Part shown: one piece after another, positions 1-23,325 of the stretch | Layout of the letters: each line of letters begins with the position of its first letter | Numbering within the stretch: position 1 is the stretch's first letter | Assembly (NCBI GenBank): GCA_002269645.1 | Contig: NIVC01001937.1 | Span: 62,001-126,000, forward strand | Source: Macrostomum lignano | Lineage: Eukaryota | DNA length: 64,000 nt | Direction of reading: 5' to 3' | Position numbers and translations under genes: made by a program | The notes under the pieces: model-generated | The model's input: the letters and a program-made list of their open reading frames with translations, nothing else | The model's database searches: none | What the model was told of the DNA's origin: nothing

Positions 1-370
1 ATGAACCGTTGCTAAAGTCTGGATGGATCTTAGATCTTCGGCTATCCATCACTTCATCGCTTTGAACGTTTGGTTTGCTTCCTCTAACCATTTGCGTTTG
101 GTATTCGAAGCTTATCCTTCCGAGTTCGGTGCTCCTTTGAGCTTGTCAGTCAAAGGCTGGGCCGTGTGCATAGTTCGGAATGTGCTTTCGGGCAAAATTG
201 CGGAGTCCCAAAAATGCTCTTAACTGAGTTGAATTCTCTAGTTTTGGTACTATTTGCACTTTTTTTACTAAAGCTCGGTCCGTCTCCATTCTGATCAATT
301 TTATGTCCCAGAAAGGTAATGGTGGGTTGGGCAAATCGACACTTATGCAGCTTTAGCTTCATTCCATGTT
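1..370 (-). mobile_element. Degenerate Ty3/gypsy LTR-retrotransposon pol fragment (end of RT and connection region)
   Basis: Two overlapping minus frames give KLKLHKCRFAQPTITFLGHKIDQNG and QLRAFLGLRNFARKHIPNYA. These match the K-C-x-F...FLGH and LRxFLG...Y/F-x-R/K-x-I motifs of gypsy RT. Frameshifted and stop-containing; runs off the window edge. Confidence 0.85.
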
Positions 371-458
371 GGTTAAAAGTGTTATTTAGATATAAACTGT
401 TGTCACTATAATGCTTCTTGCACTACTTCCAGCTATTCAACAATCCAAGTTACTCAGC

Positions 459-3336
459 ATGTCTCAACAGCCTAAAGGCCGCGGTCGTGCCCGAGGTCGC
501 TCAGGCCCACGCCCTGAGGAGGTTTCGTCTGGCGCCAGCTTCGCCCCAGCTCCAGCAGCTCCAGCCCCTGCCCCAGTCGCTGCTGCTCGTCCAGCTCCAC
601 CACCAGGCCTGAGTGCTCAAGCTGGTGTTGCTGGTCCACCTGGGGACCAGCAGAATACTGGACGCGGTGTTGGCCGCGCTGTCGAACGTGGCGGTGCTGC
701 GCAGCAGGCCGGAGATCCGGGCCAGCTGTCTGAGCGCATGGCCGGCCTGCGAGTTGGCGGCGAAGCCAGCGGCGACCGAGGCGGCCTACAACGAAAGCTG
801 CTGCGCTTCCAGCTGGCGAATGTTCGGCCGGAGGGAGCTGCGGGCAAGAAGGGCAGCAGCGGAGCCCCGGTGCAGGTGATGACGAATTTCGTTCGGATCA
901 ACACCGAGGACAAATGGTGCGCCTACCAGCTGGCCGCCGACTTTCGCCCGATGCTGGGCGCGAAGCCGCTGCGCGAGAAGCTGCTGAACGATGCCCAGCA
1001 GGTGCCAAAGCCGTTTGTTTACGATGGCGGCTGCCTGTACACCAAGCAGCCCCTGGCGCCTGCCGAGGGAGTAAAGTTTGCTGCCAGCATCAAGTCGTGG
1101 AGCGGCGAAGTTGCAATTAGACAGGTTGGCGTCATCGAAAAGAACACGCCTCAGTGGTTGCACTTGATGAACGTAGTGCTTGGAAAAACCCAGAGCCATC
1201 TCAACATGCAAGTGGTCGGCAGAAACTTTTATTACCCCGACCAAGCGACGAAGCTTCCACAGCATCGCATGGAGGTAAGCAGTTTGCTCTGCTGTTACAG
1301 TTAACTTTAGTTACAATTGAAATTTGTTCTCAAGCTCTCAATCCTCTCACTCAATATTCTTCGATCGCCTTTACCAGGTGTGGCCCGGCTTTGAGATGGC
1401 CATCAAGCCGTCTGACGGACCTCTGATGCTGCATGTTGACGTGTCGCACAAGATCATCCACATGAGCACGGTTCTGGATGTGATGTACGACATGTACAAT
1501 CGCAATCCCGGCAATTTCCAAGCCGCAGCCACCGACGCCTTGGTGGGGCAGATAGTGCTCACGCGGCACAACAACAAGACGTATCGTATTGACGCAATCG
1601 AATGGGATAAGCGAGTAACTGAGACCTTCCCCAGGTACAATAAGAGCACTCGCCAGAGCGAGGAGATTTCGCTGGCCCAGTACTTCGCCCAGACGTACAA
1701 TGTCAATTTGTCGGACAGTGAGCAGCCGATTCTGATGTCGAAGCCGCGCAAGCGAGATCTGCCGCCGACTAAGGGAGGCCGCCGAGAGCAGGCTGAGAAC
1801 GTTCTTCTGCCGCCAGAGGTTTGCTTTATGACCGGTCTGACTGATGAGATGCGGGCCGACCGAAACCTGATGAAGGACCTGGCCACCTTCACTCGGATTG
1901 ACCCGTCAACTCGGTGCGGTAAGCTGGTGAAATTTGCAAGCACAATGGCCCAAAACCGGGAGTGCCAGCGGGTGCTAGGAGAGTTCGGCCTGGCGGTAGC
2001 GCCCAACGCTGTGGAGGCCACCGCCCGCCAGCTGGCTCCGGAGACTGTCCAGATGACTAAACCCATCAGGGTGGACCCTGAGCGCGCTGACTGGGACAAT
2101 GCTCTCAAGGGCAACGGCATGTTTCAGCCGGTGAACTGCAAGAACTGGATCTTCGTGTACTCCCAGCGAGACGAGCAGGCGGCCGCCGACTTCTGCCAGA
2201 AGCTGAGTCGGGCTTCGCAGTCGCTCGGCATGTCGTTCGGCGAGCCCTACGTGCTGGCAGTGGCGCAGGACCGAGACCAGCTGTGGGTGAAGACGATTGA
2301 GGAAAACATCGACCAAGGCCTGGACCTGGTGTTCTGCCTGCTGCCCAGCAACAAGAAGCAGCGCTACGACTCCATCAAGCGACTGTGCTACGTGAACAAG
2401 CCGGTCCCCAGCCAGTGCGTCCTGACCAAGACCATCCGCAACCCGGCCAAGGTGATGTCGGTTGCCACAAAGGTGGCCCTGCAGATCTCCTGCAAGCTGG
2501 GCGGCGTGGCCTGGGCTGTGAGCATCCCGATGAAGCGCACGATGATCGTCGGGATGGACACTTATCACGACAAGCGGCAGAGCGTCTCGGTGCAGGGCAT
2601 TGTGTTCTCGCTGAACGAGACATTCACCCAGTACTACTCGTACTCGCCCATCGTAAAGGGAGGCAAAGCCGAGCTGCACAACAGGCTGGAGGTCGGCTTC
2701 AACTTGGCCCTGCAGAAGTTCAGAGAGAAGAACGGCGACCTGCCTACCCGGATCATCCTGTACCGCGACGGTGTGGGCGACTCCATGCTGGAGGAGGTGA
2801 GCTTTTGCTCAAGTAGTTGTCTGAAATTGGCGCCAAGTGCATTATTATAATTCATGTTATCATGTTTGCAGGTGAAGAACTCGGAGCTGCTCCAGCTGAA
2901 GCAGTCGCTGTCGAAAATCTACGGCGAGCGCATGAGCAGCCTCGGCTTCAAGGCCATTGTGGTGAAGAAGCTGGTCAGCTCTCGCATGTTCCGCAAGCAG
3001 GGCAGCCAGCTGAGGAACCCGGCCCCCGGCACCGTGCTGGACGACGTGATCACGATGCCGAACTTCGTGGACTTCTTCCTGGTGTCGCAGTACGTGAACC
3101 AGGGCACGGTCACGCCGACTCACTATAACATGATTGAGGACGTGAATGACGCCAACATCAAGCCGGACCAGGTGCAGCAGCTGACGTACAAGCTGACCCA
3201 CCTGTACTTTAACTGGCCCGGCACGATTCGCGTGCCAGCGCCGTGTCACTACGCTCATAGGCTAGCGTACCTGGTCGGCCAGAACCTGATGGAGGAGCCG
3301 AGTCCGCAGATTTGCGACCGGCTGTTCTTCCTCTGA
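459..3336 (+). CDS. piwi: Piwi-clade Argonaute, 899 aa; exons 459-1274, 1378-2796, 2872-3336
   Basis: N-terminal GRGRARGR repeats. Splicing joins RME|VWPGFEMA and LEE|VKNSE, both phase 0 with GT-AG sites. PAZ region (VLTRHNNKTYRIDAIEW), MID pocket (RYDSIK..PSQCV..KVALQISCKLGG), and catalytic residues in VGMDTYHD, YRDGVGD and CHYAHRLA. AATAAA at 3777. Confidence 0.97.
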
Positions 3337-5455
3337 GCCAATCGCGACAGTTGAGTGCTTTGAGTTGATTGATTGATTGAAATCAGTTGGATTGATTGGA
3401 TTGATTGAGTTTTTGGTGGAGGAACATTTTTGTCAGGGCTATCAGGAGCACAAGCGGAACTGCTGCAAAGATATTTGATTGGACATTTTGAGTTTTTTAG
3501 CTGTACTACCGATGTACGCCGCTTGAGTTCTTTGAAAGGTTCTTAAAGTACTTTTTAAGTCTGTTCGATTTGCGTTGTGTTGTGCCAGCGTTTTCTCGTT
3601 TTCATCCGGTTTTTCATTGATCTAGCAACCTCCAGTTTTACCGGCAATCTTTGTAATTCTCCACTCATTACTTTTATTCTAGTACCAATGCTTTGACTGG
3701 TGCGGTGTTAATAAGCTGCTCAAGCTCTGCGTTCCTTAGTTTTTCATTAATCGGACATTTTGTTTTTTGTAGTCGTAATAAACTTGAGTACGGTGGCTCC
3801 TGAAATTAAGCTTTTAATGTGACGCATTTGTTTCATTTTGTTTAACTTTTCCTAAACGTTTTCCTTGTTTAACTTTTTGTTAGTTTCTCTACGGTTTTCA
3901 ATTTTAAGAAATTAGTTTTAAGTAATACATACGAAAATACGGTGCACAGCTCTATTCTTTGTTTTTGCAGTTTTCTGTGTTTGTAAAATTTGTGCTAAAC
4001 AGGTAGCCAAGTTTAACTTAACTTAACCAAGTTAAAAAACTTAACCAAGTTTTCTCGCTTGGTTTTTTTGGAAATTTACCTGCCCAGCTCACGTACCGGC
4101 AGCAATAAAGTTACGAGCGTAGCTTGCACGAGATTCATGTTGAGAGGGTAGGGGGCCCCCAATGGCCCCATCTTTCGGCTGGCGCCCCTTGCCAAAGGGA
4201 GATCTCTAGGAGATGTGCTCCGCCCGGAGCGCTCCGGAAAGAAATATATATGTAGAGATATAGTTATCAAAGTTATCAAAGACAGAAAAGTGAAAATGGG
4301 AATTACAATTATAAATTACACATAATAACATCTCAAAGTTTTAAATCGCCCATGGCATTTTAAATAGACGCCTAATTGTTTAAATTTCTTTTATGTAAGA
4401 ACTATAAGGAAGGGCAATATACAAAGTTGGACAAACATTTGTGAAATGGAATTTGCACCAAAGAAACTGTTCTTAATTTAAAAAGATGTCCTTATAAAAG
4501 CTACTTATAAGGGCAGATTTTGATTAGATTTGAGATCTTCAGCAAGCGAACTTCGGCAAGCAAAAGTAGTTGTCATGACGGGTCTTCTGGTGCAAAATGG
4601 CCAAAAAAGCTGCCTTTCGCGATCAACATATACTAAAATCTGCTTATACATGGTGCCCTTATATTTAAAATTAGCTATTCCAATGCACAATCTAAACGGG
4701 ATCAAATGGTCAAATATCGCTGAAATCAACATATATTTAATAAAATCACACAGAACCAACATGTCTAAAATTAACCATCACAACGCAATACTTACGAATA
4801 AATTATTCTGTTATAAAAGTTAACCCTCTGGCTCACTATAACTCGAAAAATTGCCGTCATCGTAGCTAAAAAAATCCTAAAACCTGAGCGTAATACTCCA
4901 AACTCACTATTGTACAAATCCAAACACCAGTGCAAGAATTACGTGTGCATTAGGTAAGGCATCCCCCGGGCCTGACGCCATTGTAAAAAGCCTTTAGACA
5001 CCAATTACACTAAGCAGTGGGATACTCACTGTACTCAAGCTAGTTGTTTATTTGTATGTGATAATCATTTCACTTCAGGCTATAATAAGGCAAAACAATA
5101 GACTCATCGATATGGAAATTGAAATAAATTTCGAGTCTTACTTCGAAAGCCTTAAAATGTTGACGTTTCTTGGCTTTTCTGTCTGCGCAACAGGAGTCAA
5201 ACCTTGAACCTCCACAGCCTGCCCCCCCCTCCCCTAGACACAGGTATGAATCAACATTCTGGGTGGGGGCCGCGGGAGGGGGTTGAGCGAATAAGCCTCG
5301 ACATTTTCCAGAAAAATGTCAGCCCGCAACAGGGAGGCGGCTGCGAGCGGATGATGCCACCAGATTCGGAAGGGGGCAGGCCCGACAAAGGTTGCCCTGG
5401 TTGGGGAGAAAGGGAGTTTGGGGAGATGCGCCCCACCAGGATTTGCTTTACATGC

Positions 5456-5556
5456 CCATATTTGGAAGTGGCCAGGCCCGACCAGCCCCGGTTCCAGAGC
5501 GCGCGCATGACCATATTAGGAAATGCGCAGCCGGGCGAGCGACAGCAGCTTATAAG
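5456..5556 (+). promoter_or_regulatory. Actin promoter: CArG boxes at 5456-5465 (CCATATTTGG) and 5511-5520 (CCATATTAGG), TATA box at 5551
   Basis: Two exact CC(A/T)6GG matches 55 bp apart, then TATAAG, about 140 bp upstream of the actin ATG. This is the classical SRF-driven actin promoter layout. Confidence 0.8.
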
Positions 5557-5691
5557 ACGTCGAACGCCCGGCCCGGATCCCTTGACCGCCGCCACCGTTT
5601 CGTTTCGTGTCCGCAGCTCCGCCAGCCTTCGGAAGCCTTCCAAACAGAATTCATTTTTTATTCTAAAGCTTTTTCGACATCTCAACACTAA

Positions 5692-6936
<1,245 letters not shown>

Positions 6937-8596
6937 GCAGCAGCAGGACGCATCTGCGGGCGTCGAAACCAAGAGGTGGCGGCGGGGGCAGCCGCGGGAC
7001 TTTTTCTCTGTTTCCCAGCTCCGTTTTCGCCTGACACCTGGGGCCAGCAAGAAGGGAACACTTAGTTGCCATCGAATATTTCCCCAATCTTCACTCCACT
7101 GTCTTGATCGCATGCTCTCAACTATAGGCAAACCTCAAATCTCCAGCTGCTAAAATTAATGATGATAATTAAATAATATTAGCTCTGTTCGAACAAACTC
7201 TTTCCCGTATACTCCATAGAAATAAATCAATTTTACACTATTTGTGCCTCTCATTGAAGACTTTAAAGACAATAATAAACTAAAGCAAAAATGAACACGG
7301 ATTTCAACAGCTCTTAAGACACAGCCACACCGCTTTAAACTCTACTTGGAACTTTTTAGCTGCTTTTTTCAACTATGAGTACAATGCTAGGTTATATTTT
7401 TTGTGTCCTAGCCTGTCATGACATCAACTTTTTGACATCCTGAATTTGGACCTCGGTTACCAAATTGGAAAGTTGTCCATCGGTTTCCAAGCTGGGTGCC
7501 GTAAGAGTTCCGTAAAGTGTGCAGAGTTCAGCAACTTCTGGGGGTCAGAGAGGCTGAGAGCAGTAGGATAGGATGGAGATGCTGCTACTTTATTTACTTT
7601 TTAGTTATTTGCACAGCTTTTCTGGCACCTAAATAACCGAGACTACATGTACTGTACATGCAAGAAGTAAACTGATTGGCCATTGCTAAAGATTTGTGTC
7701 AAATAAATTTAACTGAATCCCGACTATTAATATCCATAATTAGCCGTTTAATTAGTTGGAGAAAGTAAATTCTGAATAAATATCCAGCACTTAGTTAAGT
7801 AGTATATTTAGCAAAATAGTAAATGTTTTTCAAAAATCAAACAAACAAAAAACAGGAAGCAGGAAGCCAGTTATTAGAATATCGATAGGATGCAGCGAGT
7901 TCCTATAGTAGCCTCATCAGCAGCTGGCAGTCTTCCCAATAAAACATAAGCTAGCCAAAGCCATAGCTAAAAAAACTCAATTATCAAATAAAACTGAATT
8001 CGAAAGTAGCACTGATGCACATGGAACTGTTGAATTGCAGGCACTGCACTCATATAGAACTAATAAGTAAACATTAATATACATGAGACATATATAATTA
8101 ATGGAATGCAATTGCCATTAGCATGCAGTAAATTTATTAGTAGCAGTAATGTTAATAGAAACACGTAATTGAAATACCCAAAGACCATCAGAAAGGGAAA
8201 AAATGATTCAGAAAGATCAGGTGCGTCAGATGTTGCATCAGCACAGCTTAGTTGGCTATCACAGTTATGAACTAATCTATCAAGAGATCAGGAACTGACT
8301 GAGTCGAAACAAACGTGGAATTGACGACGTCAGAGTGCTTGGGAAAATGAGCAGACTTGCATAATGGAATGGCAATTGAGCGCTGGGAACCTTGACTTGA
8401 CCTTAAGCTTAATTCATTTAAGTTCTATCGATATTAATAAAGCTTTTCGTTTGGAAAATTAGGATTATAATGTTCATTTTATAGAAAGTGAAGACTTCCA
8501 ATCTCCGTAACGTATTTTTAGGTAATACCCGCCTTCTAAAATTATCCAAGAAGCATAGTTTCCCGTCCTTCTACTTGATTAGTCTTTGTTAATATA

Positions 8597-8900
8597 TTGT
8601 ACATCAGTATAAATACATTGTACATCAGTATGAATACATTGTACATCAGTATGAATACATTGTACATCAGTATGAATACATTGTACATCAGTATGAATAC
8701 ATTGTACATCAGTATGAATACATTGAACATCAGTATAAATACATTGAACATCAGTATGAATACATTGTACATCAGTATGAATACATTGTACATCAGTATA
8801 AATACATTATACATCATTATAAATACATTGTACATCATTATGAATACATTGTACATCAGTATGAATACATTGTACATCAGCATGAATACATTGTACAGCA
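8597..8900. repeat. 21-bp minisatellite (ttgtacatcagtatgaataca), ~14 copies
   Basis: Direct tandem repeat; explains the low-complexity ORFs at 8542-8917. Confidence 0.95.
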
Positions 8901-9612
8901 ATATACATAACGGGTAGAGATAAAAATACTATGACTATAAACGATCCGTTAAGTCCCAAATAGCCGAGCGCTCTCTGCCGCACCCAAGCGCAAGGAGTTT
9001 CATTTTCAACACGCTAAAAACGGCATCAAAAGGACAAGCAGCAGCGCGACTATGTACACGGAAATACCATCTTGTAAGGAGTGCATTTAAACAAAGAAAC
9101 GCAATGAAACAGACACGAATTGATTAAAAATTATTGATAATTGATTTTTAAATAAAGCATGGCCAAAAACAACGGCCAAAATTGACTTTAAACTGCGGAA
9201 ACTAACTACTGTCAGTAGGCCCCTTCTCCCATCGTTCAGTGTGAAGACTAACTTTTCCTTTTTTATCTCTCACTGTTTAAACTAGCAATTGTGCTAGTAA
9301 GCGATTGTGCATTTTGCGTGAAAAAAGTACAGCCAAACGGAAATTTGCAGATAATTTAATAAAGCAAGGAAAATGATTAAACTAGTTTTAGTAGTAACAT
9401 ACCCAAAACATAACAGCTAATGCAATAATTGAAAGCAATTGAATTTATAATTTAGGCAATGCGACTCAGTTGATGTAAAAAGGAAACAGTTAAGTCAAAA
9501 AGCCTGCGCTTTCAAAACGTCATTAAAGTGCAGGACTAGCTCTAAGTCTACGGCTAACTTTAGTTGGTCATCTTCGCGTTGGTCAATTACTAGTAGAAGC
9601 TTAGAATATAGA

Positions 9613-10010
9613 CACCCACCTCACGCCCTGTCTCTGAATGTACATTGAACCAAATGAGGCTTTCCACCCACCTCACGCCCTGTCTCTGAATGTACATTGA
9701 ACCAAATGAGGCTTTCCACCCACCTCACGCCCTGTCTCTGAATGTACATTGAACTAAATGAGGCTTTCCACCCACCTCACGCCCTGTCTCTGAATGTACA
9801 TTGAACCAAGTGAGGCTTTTCACCCACCTCACGCCCTGTCTCTGAATGTACATCTAACCAAGTGAGGCTTTCCACACACCATAGACACCCAAATCACGCC
9901 CTGTCTCTGAATGTACATTGAACCAAGTGAGGCTTTTCACCCACCATAGACACCCACCTCACGCCCTGCCTCTGAATGAACATCAAAGCAGTAGATTTCT
10001 TCCACCATAG
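9613..10010. repeat. 52-bp minisatellite (cacccacctcacgccctgtctctgaatgtacattgaaccaaatgaggctttc), ~7 copies
   Basis: Units start at 9613, 9665 and so on; they decay and gain insertions toward the right end. Confidence 0.93.
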
Positions 10011-10692
10011 ACACCCATCCCTGTTTCTTCAGCTCGACAATTTCCCCTCTGCTAACACACCCAATGTAAGGACCTATTCAAATCACACCCGCTCTTAAAA
10101 CAACTGAAATGGAGTTAATAAAATCGAGTAATGAATAAAGAAGGTTAACGGGCATGCTACCGTAAAAGATTGAAATCAGGTAAAATATCAGATTCAAGTA
10201 CCAGATTCTCGCACAAAACAAGCGATTAAAAATCAACAAAATTGACTGAGAGGACAGCCAAATAAAAAAGCACAAGAAAGAGCACTATAGGCACCAGCTG
10301 CCGATGCGTTTCAGTCACAGCACCTTGAGAACAATAATTGACTAATTAAAATCCAAGGTGCGGTCGAGCAAAGAGCAAATGGCGCACTGGCGGGCCAAGG
10401 TTCGGGCACAGTTTCTCAGAAACTAATGCCGGTAGAAGAAATAAGATTTAAAACAAAATCAAATCTGATTTGGGCAATTAAGTTGAAAAGACTCTGGAGC
10501 TGGAACAGTTATGGATTATGAAAAGTAAATCTGTACTGCAATTTCACAAAGTAGTGAATAATCAGTTATCCAATAGATCTACATTGAACTAAAAAGCAAA
10601 TCCGTAGCATACACTGATAGTAGGATAGATAGTTTTTTAGGCGCAGAAACTGTGCGATCCGGTTGTCCAGGTCCACGCCACCGGAGCGCTGA

Positions 10693-20770
<10,078 letters not shown>

Positions 20771-23325
20771 TTCTCTCTTAATGCGAGTATGCTAGATCTA
20801 AAGCTATAGTATTCACCAGAAAAGGCAGATAGATTTTTACTCTTTAAAGTATTAAAAAATAATAAATAGACCGAAGTATAATATTAGTATTACAATTGCA
20901 TTTTGACAGCGGACAATAAACAGTAACCGAAGAGTATCGCGCTCAGGCCTCTAAAATCAATTAAAGAAATTCACCGCATTCATGAGTTTCTAATTTTAGG
21001 AGAAAGTATTGGATTAAAAAAAACATAATTGGATGTTCATTCGTCGATCAGCAAGCACAATCGACGTAGTTTCGTAGGAAAGCATATTTTTGAAGATTTA
21101 AGCCATTTAGTTTCGCACTTACAACGCAATAACAAAGATGTTTGACTCTACATAATTACTTTAAACATATTTCTTAAAACAGATCTAACAACCATTTTAT
21201 ATTATTAAAAAACTATTTGTGCCCAAGGCTTTGAAAGGTAAATTCGTAAGCTGCTTAAAGAGTGATTAAGAATTTGTGATTTTAAATTTTATTTGAAGGG
21301 AAAACCTAATACCGATAAATTAATATACATAATATTATACCCTATATAATTATACCGAATAATTACTCGCCCAAAGTTATATATCAGGAATGACAGATGA
21401 AGCAAAGTATGTCATCTGAGCTAGGTGCTGCACTCTAGTTTATCAAGCTTGTATTTTTTCTCTGAAATGCTATAACTGCATACCAGAAAACAAAAATTTT
21501 CTGGTGGAATTTCAGTTGTTTCTATAATATTTTCGGGGTGTACCGTTCTAGCCTCGAATGGTGTATGTCAAAACCCAAAACCCCATTCACGGCTCTATAT
21601 GCAGTAGATAATTGCATGAACTTTGCAAAATTCGTTTAGAAAATACGTGTTTCATGCGTTGCTGCTCTGCAATTTCATTTTTTTCCTATTTTCCTCGAAA
21701 ACTTGTAAGCGAGTGCCCTTTGGATGAAACGCATACATGTACTTGCTAAATATGTACACAGCTGTTGTGTACATATGTATCTTGCCCGGTGGCGCAACCA
21801 TAAAATCGTTGAAGGGGGTGGAGACCCAAAAGGAGTCGGAGGCTGCGCCCCTGATCTCTCGCCAACGAGCGTTATTTTGCAGCGAAAACCGGCCTAGGAT
21901 GTTTATAGTTGGTACCGTTTACAGGGAGAGTGAGCTTAATATACATGTACTAAGGGTATCAGTACAGTACCATTTTATTTACATACTGTAAGAATGAATA
22001 AACGTTAACGACATATATGTACACGTATAAATTCTCTAGCACTTGTTGTAGGCTGAATCAACACTGATCAGAAGTTGACAATATAAGGCAAGATTATGTG
22101 CATGTAGATGTGCATACATGCTGACATCAAAAGGCATACTAGTACATGTTGTGTATTCACTTTATGCATGGAAAACTTGTAACCAACTCTTTGAAGTAGT
22201 CTATCTACCAGTAAGAATGCGATTTGTATGCTAGCTTAACATACATGTAGCTAGCCATGCAGTCGAGCGTTAAGATAAAGGGCTCAGCCAAAAAATTGTT
22301 AGTAAGCTTGAATTTCTTAATCGCACCCGCCAACCTCGCTTTTCCCTTTTCGACATTGCATTAGAAAAGAATTCCAAGCATACTGCACATTGCAGGATTT
22401 CCCAGCCACTGCCACTGAGACACTTCAGACAGTTTTTTGTGACAGAAAAACTTTTTCCTCAATGCGCATGCAGTGAAGACACGCGGGTGGCACGTGCCAG
22501 CCCTATTGTTTAAGCCAAATATAGATTCTAGCTTGGGTAAGGACTCCATGTTTGCCAGCTTTTTGACAACAGGTGGGAAAGCTGTCTGGGGGTCGAAGAG
22601 GAGATGGAGAAGAGGTGCTTGCAGCTGTCGAGACCGGCAATTCGATCGCAAAGCCACCCGAGAAGCTTGCCAGCCCGAGAAAGGTGAACTAAATCAATGC
22701 TGCAGTGGGGGCTCGCAAAAAACTAGCTATAGCTAGCAGTGTCATTGTCGCGAGTGGCCGGATGCCTCCGGAGATGGCATCCGATTCCAGCCTCTGGACT
22801 GCTCACAGGTTCTCACCCGCGGTGCCCTGGCCAATAGCAAGAGAGCGCACCTGACTGTCTTATGTGGCTTGGCAAGCCGATTTGATGAAGAAAAACGAGC
22901 ATGGCTAGTGCGCGCACCTGTGGGATAATACGGTATACACACATGACGCATACCTGGAAACTCTCCCAGACTAAGCTCTGCCGCTCCTTCACAAATACTC
23001 ATTCATTATTTACCGGGCAAGAAGAGCGCCCAAGCGTCTCCGAAAACGGCTCTAAAAGTCGTTCCATTGACAGCGCTCCGTCTTACTAACCCCCCCTTTT
23101 AGAGATCGGAGGGGACAGGAACACTGTTGGAGAAGTTGAAAAGTTGACGGAGGAAACGAAAAACAAAGTTGAGCACCCATTCAGGGTAAATCCTCAAGGC
23201 TGCTTCCTCCTCAACTCAACGCAGAACTGCAGCAGCTGGAATTTCTCATCTTTTAGGCTGGTTGAAGCAAATAAAAGGAGAGAAAAGCAGATAGGAAGAG
23301 GAGCCATCCCGAAATAATTGCAACT

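Noticed and set aside
9613-10010. CRISPR-like regular repeats (also 25065-26165 and 53967-54150)
   Set aside because: Units are head-to-tail with no unique spacers, there are no cas genes, and the context is eukaryotic.
21787-21853. Tiny MITE (cggtggcgcaacc...ggctgcgcccctg)
   Set aside because: The inverted ends are suggestive, but the flanks give no convincing TSD.
22361-23089. Short ORFs on both strands upstream of the secreted-protein gene
   Set aside because: No recognisable motif or consistent splice model; could be a decayed element, but I cannot support a call.
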